Origin: a virus
Taxonomy: Duplodnaviria; Caudoviricetes
IMG/VR virus record: IMGVR_UViG_3300049137_000128
Span: 1 to 60,896 of that record
Length of the DNA: 60,896 bases
Reading direction: 5' to 3' (one strand)
Shown here piece by piece: positions 54,564 through 60,896 of the stretch (the first letter of the stretch is position 1; each line of letters opens with the position of its first letter). Below the pieces are notes generated by a model. The model saw nothing but the letters and a program-made list of their open reading frames with translations, was not told the DNA's origin and made no database searches. The position numbers were made by a program, and so were the translations under genes.

Positions 54564-56014
54564 TGGCACACCTCGGAGAGTTCGAGGTCCACCCGTTCGC
54601 GGACGCGTTCCCGCTCATTGACGGCGACGAGTTCGACCAGCTCGTGATGGACATCAAGAAGAACGGTCTGCGTGAGCCGATCGTCCTGAACCACGACCGC
54701 ACGGTCCTGGTGGACGGGCGCAACCGCTACCGCGCGTGCGAGGCCGCGGGTGCCGACCCGGTCTTCGAGACGCTGCCCGAGCGGTACACCGAGCCGCTGA
54801 TCCTCGACCTGATCGTCTCGAAGAACATGGCCCGCCGCCAACTCAATCAGGGGCAACGGGCGCTGATGGCGCTGGAGTACGAGCGGCACTACGCCGCAAC
54901 GCAGCCCAAGGGGCGCCCCATTGGTGACGCACCGGAGCAGACGACTACACCGCGTGAAAAAAGTGTCGCAGATCTGCGACAGCAAGACTTCTGGGTCGAG
55001 CCGCAGGCACCGCGCGAGCGGAAGTCGAGCGAGCGCGCCGCGAAGGCCGTCGGCGCCTCCGGTCGTGCCGTCCAGCAGGCCAAGGCTGTCGTACGCGATG
55101 CTCCCGACCTCGCCGCGAAGGTACGCGCCGGAGAGATCGCCCTCGATGCTGCGGACCGCCAACGTAAGCAGCGCATCGCCGCGATGCCCAAGCCCGAGCC
55201 CGCGCCCAAGCCAGCATCCGTCATGCTCACCCTGCGCACGCACACCGGCCACGAGGTGAAGTACCCGCAGCCGCAAGCCAAGGCCACGTTCAACGAGTCC
55301 AAGGGCGCCGGGATCTCGTGGGCCGCCTGGTCCTGGAACCCTGTCACTGGCTGCCTCCACGGCTGCAACTACTGCTACGCCCGCGAGATCGCTACGAACG
55401 AGCGGTACCAGAGCGCCTACCCGGCCGGCTTCACCCCGCTCTTCCACGAAGAGCGGCTCGACGCGCCCGCCAACACCGCCATTCCGGCAGCTCGACGCGA
55501 TGACCCCGCATACGAGCGGGTGTTCGTCTGCTCCATGGCCGACCTCTACGGCCGCTGGGTGCCTGACGAGTGGATTCAGAAGGTCCACGCCTCGATGTGC
55601 GCCAACCCGCAGTGGCAGTACATCACCCTGACCAAGTTCCCCGCCCGGTACGTCGGCTTGCAGATGCCGCCCGGCGCCTGGGTCGGCACGTCCGTCGACG
55701 AGCAGAAGCGTGTACGCATCGCCGAAGACGCCTTCCGGAAGATCGACGGCGTCGCCGTCAAGTGGCTCTCCCTCGAACCGCTCAAAGAGCCGCTGGAGTT
55801 CACCGACCTGTCCGTCTTCGACTGGGTCGTCATCGGCGCCCAGACCGAAACCAGGCAGCCCGACGGCGTCGTGCCCGCGTTCGCGCCGCCCTTCGAGTGG
55901 GTGGCCCGCATCGTCGTCCAGGCCCTCGACGCCGGATGCCGCGTCCACCTCAAGCCCAACCTGCGGACCGCGCCCGGCATGGAGTGGCTCGACCAGTACC
56001 CGCTCACCGAGTAG
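54563..56014 (+). CDS. ParB-like N-terminal domain fused to DUF5131 (gp37/gp68 radical-SAM-like)
   Basis: HP.A..FP, I..NG..EPI, DGRNR..AC, N..RR.L; WNPVTGCLHGCNYCYA, FVCSMADL, LTK, W.GTSV, LS.EPL, WVVIGA. Confidence 0.85.
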   Translation: MAHLGEFEVHPFADAFPLIDGDEFDQLVMDIKKNGLREPIVLNHDRTVLVDGRNRYRACEAAGADPVFETLPERYTEPLILDLIVSKNMARRQLNQGQRALMALEYERHYAATQPKGRPIGDAPEQTTTPREKSVADLRQQDFWVEPQAPRERKSSERAAKAVGASGRAVQQAKAVVRDAPDLAAKVRAGEIALDAADRQRKQRIAAMPKPEPAPKPASVMLTLRTHTGHEVKYPQPQAKATFNESKGAGISWAAWSWNPVTGCLHGCNYCYAREIATNERYQSAYPAGFTPLFHEERLDAPANTAIPAARRDDPAYERVFVCSMADLYGRWVPDEWIQKVHASMCANPQWQYITLTKFPARYVGLQMPPGAWVGTSVDEQKRVRIAEDAFRKIDGVAVKWLSLEPLKEPLEFTDLSVFDWVVIGAQTETRQPDGVVPAFAPPFEWVARIVVQALDAGCRVHLKPNLRTAPGMEWLDQYPLTE

Positions 56015-56081
56015 CCGCGCCCATGGGGCCGTCCACCGCGGCCCGTCCCTCCCCTGATCAGCACGAACGTAAGGAAGACGA

Positions 56082-57227
56082 ATGCCGCGCATCCGCACCG
56101 TGAAGCCGGAGTTCTGGGAAGACGAGCTCCTCGGCGTCATGCCGCGCGACGCGCGGCTCCTGTTCATCGCCACCTTCAACATGGCGGATGACGAGGGGAT
56201 CCTGCGCTGGACGCCGGCCTACATCAAGGCGCAGGCCTTCATGTACGACGACGACCTGGCGATCGCCGACGTCGGCAAGCTCATGCAGTGCCTCACCGAC
56301 ACGGGCCTGATCTTCCCGTACATCGGGGGAGCGGCCCGCCAGCAGATGGCCGTCGTCGTCAACTTCCGCAAGCACCAGCGGATCAACCGGCCGCAGAAGA
56401 GCAAGCTTCCGCCGCCCTCGACGGGGGCCTGGCAGGTGCGGGAGATGTACGCCCGCCGTGACGGCTGGACTTGCCAGTTGTGCGGCGGCGAGATCCCGCG
56501 GCGGATCGTTGTCAACGACGATCACAACCTGGTCATCGACCATGTCCGGCCGGTGGCCGCGGGGGGCACCGACCATCCGTCCAACGTGAGGGCGGCGCAC
56601 CAGGTGTGCGAGCGGAGCCGCCGCCACTCTGCGGACGGGGAGGAGTTCATTCCGCCGTCCGGACTCCGAGGGCTTGAAGACTCACTGAACGATTCACTGA
56701 ACGGTTCAGTGAATGACTCACTGAACAAAGTGCACGCTGCGTCGACTTCAGACGCTCTGGCGGATACGCCCCGTGACATTTCTTCAATGAACCATTCACT
56801 GACGGAAGGGAAAGGAAGGGAAGGGAAAGGAAGGGAAGGGAACACCCCCCTACCCCCCGGTGATCGGTCAGCGGAACCCGCCGTCGCGCAGACGGGCGAG
56901 AGGCACATCGCCGACCGCATGACCGACGCCTTCCTCGACCGCTTCGCCCGCGGCAACTCCTACAAGCGCCGCCAAGTCCGCCAAACCATCGCGGACACCC
57001 TCGCGAACGACACCGACCCGAACGAACTGTGGAAGGCCCTGGAACGCCTCGGCAGCCTCTCAAAGCCGATCAGCGCAGGCACCCTCCAGTTCGCGTTCTC
57101 GGAGATCCGTCGGGCCGCCTCGAACGTCATCGCCCTACCCAACGGCCAGACCCTCACCGGCACCGACGCCCGCGTCGCCGGCTGGCTCGCCATTGCCGAC
57201 TCTTGCCCCGACGAGGACACCGCATGA
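56082..57227 (+). CDS. Replication initiator with embedded HNH-like domain
   Basis: RIRTVKPEFW.D, ADDEG, F.KHQ.IN.P; internal RDGWTCQLC..IDH..P...GG....N; iteron-encoded repeats. Confidence 0.75.
   Translation: MPRIRTVKPEFWEDELLGVMPRDARLLFIATFNMADDEGILRWTPAYIKAQAFMYDDDLAIADVGKLMQCLTDTGLIFPYIGGAARQQMAVVVNFRKHQRINRPQKSKLPPPSTGAWQVREMYARRDGWTCQLCGGEIPRRIVVNDDHNLVIDHVRPVAAGGTDHPSNVRAAHQVCERSRRHSADGEEFIPPSGLRGLEDSLNDSLNGSVNDSLNKVHAASTSDALADTPRDISSMNHSLTEGKGREGKGREGNTPLPPGDRSAEPAVAQTGERHIADRMTDAFLDRFARGNSYKRRQVRQTIADTLANDTDPNELWKALERLGSLSKPISAGTLQFAFSEIRRAASNVIALPNGQTLTGTDARVAGWLAIADSCPDEDTA
56679..56842. repeat. Putative origin: four 12-bp iterons plus polypurine tract
   Basis: GACTCACTGAAC, GATTCACTGAAC, GGTTCAGTGAAT, GACTCACTGAAC in tandem at 56679-56726; 39-nt G/A-only tract at 56804-56842. 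Confidence 0.7.
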
Positions 57228-57982
57228 TCAAGAAGGAAGCCGCCGTACTCCTCGGCCACGCCGCCGCCTTCGACAACCGCCAGCCCTCCGAAGCCGCTGC
57301 CGAAGCCTGGGCCGCCGCCCTCCACGACATCCCGCTCGACGCCGACGCGAAGGCCGCGGTCGCCGCCTACTACACGACCCCACCGGCCAACCCGAACGAA
57401 CGCCTGTGGATCCTGCCCCACCACATCCGCACCCTCCGCTCAAAGATCCGCTCGGCGCGACTCGTCAACTTCCAGTACGAACCCATCCCCGACGAAACCG
57501 TCCCCGAGTTCATGGCCCGACTCCGCGGCCAAACCCAAGCCATCGCCTCCGGCCGCGCCCCGGCACCCATCGGCCGGCTCGCCCTCGAAGCCGACCCGAA
57601 GCGGGACAGGGAATTCGTCAAGGAGCTCACGGCCCGCGGCTGGGAAGGCAACCGGACGGTCCTGGACTCCGACGAGGACGCGGTGAAGACGGAGCTCGTC
57701 GACACCGTCCGCCGCACCGGCCCCCTCGGTGTCGAGTGCCCCGCCTGCCACGCCGCCATAGGACGCCCGTGCAAGACGCCAGGCGGCTCCGCGAAGCAGC
57801 CGCTGGGCAAGCCCCGCCCCAAGCCGCACAGCGCCCGCCTGCGAGCCGCACAGGGCGTCCCCGAGCAGACCGCCAACCAGCGCGCCACCGCCGAGCAGGC
57901 GATCCGGGCGCGCGCCGCCCAGCACTTCGCCCGCGACGACGGCCAGATCCACGACGCCGTGATCGTCGAGGACCAGCCGTGA
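57224..57982 (+). CDS. Helicase loader/inhibitor-like protein with Zn finger
   Basis: EAA.LL..AA.FDNR......AW...L......A..AV..YY; CPAC.A..G.PC..H.AR; follows initiator. Confidence 0.55.
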   Translation: MIKKEAAVLLGHAAAFDNRQPSEAAAEAWAAALHDIPLDADAKAAVAAYYTTPPANPNERLWILPHHIRTLRSKIRSARLVNFQYEPIPDETVPEFMARLRGQTQAIASGRAPAPIGRLALEADPKRDREFVKELTARGWEGNRTVLDSDEDAVKTELVDTVRRTGPLGVECPACHAAIGRPCKTPGGSAKQPLGKPRPKPHSARLRAAQGVPEQTANQRATAEQAIRARAAQHFARDDGQIHDAVIVEDQP

Positions 57983-58134
57983 CCAAGCCGCCCGAGTGGT
58001 CGATCCGCTGCCCCTGGTGCGAAGCCGCCCCCGGCACCCGCTGCACCAGCCCCCGCGGCCGACGACTCGCAGTCGACAGCCACGACGCACGCATCACCGC
58101 CTGGAACACCCGCCCGAAGGAGACCAACCGGTGA
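57979..58134 (+). CDS. Small Zn-finger protein
   Basis: CPWC.A.PG.RC......H.AR. Confidence 0.6.
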   Translation: MTKPPEWSIRCPWCEAAPGTRCTSPRGRRLAVDSHDARITAWNTRPKETNR

Positions 58135-58592
58135 ACCACACCATCCCCACCACCCCTCAGGACGACCCCGCCGACACGATCATGGCCGCGCTCGCCCACG
58201 GCCTCACCGGCCACCCCGAGAAAGCCGCACCCCTCTTCGAGCCCTTCCTCAGCGGCCCCGCCACCGCCGTCAGCCTCTTCGCCGCCCTCGCCGAAACCGC
58301 CGTCGGCCCCTCCCGCGACCCCCGGCTCGCCGACAGCACCTTCGGGCTCCTCGTCCTCGACGCCGCAACCGGTCAGCACGGCAGCGTCAACGACCTACCC
58401 GCAGGCGTCCGGTTCGCCGCCCAGTTCACCGCCGCCTGGGCCAACGGCCAGCGGGACACCGCCTACGCCCTGTTCAACGCGCTCGTCGCCCCCGGTGACG
58501 ACGCCGCCGCCATCGCTTTCGCTGACGCGACTCGCGCCCTGTTCGACATGGCCATCGCCACGCTGAAGGAACAGACCGGAGGCAGCCAGTGA
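58131..58592 (+). CDS. Hypothetical protein
   Basis: AAGGAG RBS, GTGA overlap. Confidence 0.6.
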   Translation: MNHTIPTTPQDDPADTIMAALAHGLTGHPEKAAPLFEPFLSGPATAVSLFAALAETAVGPSRDPRLADSTFGLLVLDAATGQHGSVNDLPAGVRFAAQFTAAWANGQRDTAYALFNALVAPGDDAAAIAFADATRALFDMAIATLKEQTGGSQ

Positions 58593-58873
58593 CCGGCTTC
58601 AAGCCGCACCCCGCCGTCCACGCCCCCTGGATGTTCATGTGCGCCATGGACGACCCCGACGCCGTGATCATCTCGTTCGCCGAGAACCCCGGCGCCCAGA
58701 TCGCAAGCGCCCTCCTCGAAGACGTCGGCGACTGGCACCACGCGATCAAGAACCTCCAACGCACCGACGTCCCACCCGGCGTGACCGCCGCCCTGGACGC
58801 CTTCCACGACGCCGTGTGCGGCTGGGTCGAGTGGAACGAGCAAGCAGCCAAGCGGACGGAGCCCGCCCCGTGA
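58589..58873 (+). CDS. Hypothetical protein
   Basis: GGAGG RBS, overlap. Confidence 0.6.
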   Translation: MTGFKPHPAVHAPWMFMCAMDDPDAVIISFAENPGAQIASALLEDVGDWHHAIKNLQRTDVPPGVTAALDAFHDAVCGWVEWNEQAAKRTEPAP

Positions 58874-59073
58874 CCCCGCTGGAGCGGCTCCTCGCCGAGG
58901 AACTCCCCACCGGCACCTTCGGCCACGCCCAACCACCACCCCCCGGCCCACGCCCCTGGACCGCACTCGAACAAGCCGAACACCTCGCCGCCCTCGAAAC
59001 CGCCCTCGACGGATGGCACTGGCAAGACGACCCCCGCCACCTCCGCGTCGTACGCCAAACCGACGCCGCCTGA
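58870..59073 (+). CDS. Hypothetical protein
   Basis: TPLERLLAEE.PTGTFG..WT...Q..H...L. Confidence 0.55.
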   Translation: MTPLERLLAEELPTGTFGHAQPPPPGPRPWTALEQAEHLAALETALDGWHWQDDPRHLRVVRQTDAA

Positions 59074-59084
59074 AAGGCCCCGCC

Positions 59085-59315
59085 ATGACCGACACCCGCT
59101 ACTGCACCGGCGACCGCTGCGCCGACTGCACCCCCGACGACGAATGCTGCGAAGCCACCTGCGGCTGCTGCCCCCAAGTCACCGCACAGGACTGGTGCTG
59201 GCTCCGCGAAGGCTCCGACGACGACAGCAAGTACTGCTCGCAGCACGGCGAAGGCCACCTGCTTCCCCGCTCGCCCGAAGCGGAGCGCAGGTACCAGATC
59301 CTCCGCAACGCCTAG
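59085..59315 (+). CDS. Cys-rich small protein
   Basis: 10 Cys in 76 aa. Confidence 0.5.
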   Translation: MTDTRYCTGDRCADCTPDDECCEATCGCCPQVTAQDWCWLREGSDDDSKYCSQHGEGHLLPRSPEAERRYQILRNA

Positions 59316-59390
59316 CTGATCAGCACCGCGCGCGACCCATCGCCACCCCCCGCCAACCACACGACCTGACCCGCGAGTAAGGAACCCGAA

Positions 59391-59955
59391 ATGACCATCC
59401 GCCACTTCACCCCCGACCAGCTCGAAGAACTCGACGCCCCGTACACCCGCCTCCACGACGAGCAGGTCGACACCCTCCGCTGGTCCGAGATCCGCTCCTG
59501 CGTCTTCCGCACCGAAGACGGCACCGCCTACCAGGTCACCTACCAGCGGCCACTCACCGAGCACCAGGACTGCGACACCTGGTTCGACGAGGACCAGATC
59601 AAGGCTGTCGAGGTCGAGCAGCGGCCCGTCGTCGTCCAGCAGTGGAAGCCCGTCACCGCCCCGCGCGATCCCGGCCTCGACAGCGTGCTGCCCGCCTGGG
59701 AGGCCATGATACGAGCCCGGCAACGTCTCCGACTACCTCATCGGCTACGCCAACAGCGAGGCGGCTGCGAAGGGCGCTGCCGTGGCGTGGCTGCGGTCGC
59801 AGAAGGATCAGGTCGGCCGTCTGGAGTGGGTGCCGCAGACCCCGCTCGACGGCTACGACACCGAGTTCGAGCTCGCCGAACTGCACGACGACGGGATCGA
59901 CACCGGGCCTGGGATCACCGTCCGCCACCGTCTCGCCACCCCGACCGCCAACTGA
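59391..59955 (+). pseudogene. Hypothetical gene with a one-base frameshift near 59709
   Basis: Removing A59709 gives ..WEAMYEPGNVSDYLIGYANSE.. with normal GC3 to TGA at 59953. Confidence 0.6.
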
Positions 59956-59971
59956 TCACGAGGAGATCACC

Positions 59972-60460
59972 ATGACCAGCCCTCTCACCACCCAGCAGCA
60001 AGCCGCTCTCAAGCCCCTCGCCGCCGTCATCGAGGCCGCCATCGCCGAAACCCCGATCCGGCTCGGGACCGACGACTGGGGCACCGTCCTGGGCGCCCGC
60101 CTGCTGGCCGACGTCGCCGCGTTCATGGGCCGCACCCTCGGCCCCGACGCCCCGGTGCTCGCCGAGGTACAGGCCGAACGGGAACGCCAGGACGCCAAGT
60201 GGGGCGAGCAGAACCTCCTCGACGGCACCGGCGGATCGGGAGCCCTGTACGTCGCCGACCGCTACCGCTCGGTCGTCGACGAGGCGCTGAAGACCGACTC
60301 CGCAACATGGCGCGACGTGTTCCTGGAGGAGGCCTACGAGGCGCTCGCCGAGTCCGAGCCCGAGCGGCTGCGTGCCGAGCTGGTTCAGGTGGCTGCGGTT
60401 TGCGTGAAGTGGATCGCCGCGATCGACCGCCGCCAAGCCGCCGTCTCGTCTGTCGTCTGA
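59972..60460 (+). CDS. MazG-like NTP pyrophosphohydrolase domain protein
   Basis: ER.RQD.KWGEQN, LEE.YE, ELVQVAAV. Confidence 0.65.
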   Translation: MTSPLTTQQQAALKPLAAVIEAAIAETPIRLGTDDWGTVLGARLLADVAAFMGRTLGPDAPVLAEVQAERERQDAKWGEQNLLDGTGGSGALYVADRYRSVVDEALKTDSATWRDVFLEEAYEALAESEPERLRAELVQVAAVCVKWIAAIDRRQAAVSSVV

Positions 60461-60484
60461 CCACCCACCACCAGGAGACCCGAC

Positions 60485-60896
60485 ATGACCACCCTCGACA
60501 CCCTCACCCTCGACCTCACCCCGCCCCCCGGCGGCCAGACCCTCCACCACACCAACCGCGCCACCATCATCTGGGGCGACTGCCGCGACCCCGAGATCAT
60601 CGACCAAGTCGACGACGGCTACGGCCTCCTATGCACCGACCCGCCCTACGGCGTCGCCTACAACTCCGGCCGCAGCACCAACTTCACCCAGATCGCCGGA
60701 GACGACGGCACCACCGACTGGCCTGCCGTCCTCGCCGAATGGGTCGGCCCCGAAGGCACCCGCATCCGCGGCCTCCGCGACAAACGCCACCTGTACGTGT
60801 TCGGCTACACCGCCGAACAACTCGCCACCCCGCTGCGCCTCGGGGCCACCGAGGATCTCCTCTGGGACAAGATCAGCATCGGGATGGGCGACCTCA
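60485..60896 (+). CDS. N6A/N4C DNA methyltransferase (3' truncated by window)
   Basis: IIWGDCRD, TDPPYG, I.GD, LLWDK...GMGDL; AGGAG RBS. Confidence 0.8.
   Translation, partial: MTTLDTLTLDLTPPPGGQTLHHTNRATIIWGDCRDPEIIDQVDDGYGLLCTDPPYGVAYNSGRSTNFTQIAGDDGTTDWPAVLAEWVGPEGTRIRGLRDKRHLYVFGYTAEQLATPLRLGATEDLLWDKISIGMGDL

Noticed and set aside
1-60896. Many long alternative-frame and antisense ORFs (e.g. 14702-17167, 17160-19466, 54473-56182 on minus)
   Set aside because: Expected shadows of high-GC coding sequence; Arg/Pro/Gly-rich, no motifs, opposite well-supported genes

Overview
About 61 kb of a high-GC temperate actinobacteriophage genome. The host is probably Streptomyces (inferred from GC content, two WhiB genes, a DUF6233 gene and TTA codons in regulators). 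The order is that of an unintegrated genome, with attP and integrase central and phage genes on both sides. Left arm: terminase small subunit, a 5.2 kb NDP-sugar/glycosyltransferase cassette with an HNH inserted, terminase large subunit, portal, a 977-aa 2H-phosphoesterase/MuF/protease fusion, probable separate hexamer and pentamer capsid proteins, siphoviral tail genes, lysis genes and a further glycosyltransferase. Centre: accessory regulators, attP, tyrosine integrase and a repressor/Cro-like switch. Right arm: RecE/RecT-like genes, DnaQ, RuvC, a C5 methyltransferase with a second subunit in an overlapping frame, WhiB, a TcmP-HNH-ParB/DUF5131 module, a replication initiator with iterons, a MazG-like gene and a truncated DPPY methyltransferase. 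The main unannotated signals are: (1) a nine-copy late promoter, CCGGAA followed 27 nt later by a NANNNT -10, mostly leaderless, which places the glycosylation cassette in the virion-assembly programme; (2) a GCTAACT motif shared by attP and the genetic switch; (3) the overlapping-frame MTase subunit, which carries a TTA codon. All functional calls come from reading motifs by eye; no database search was run.
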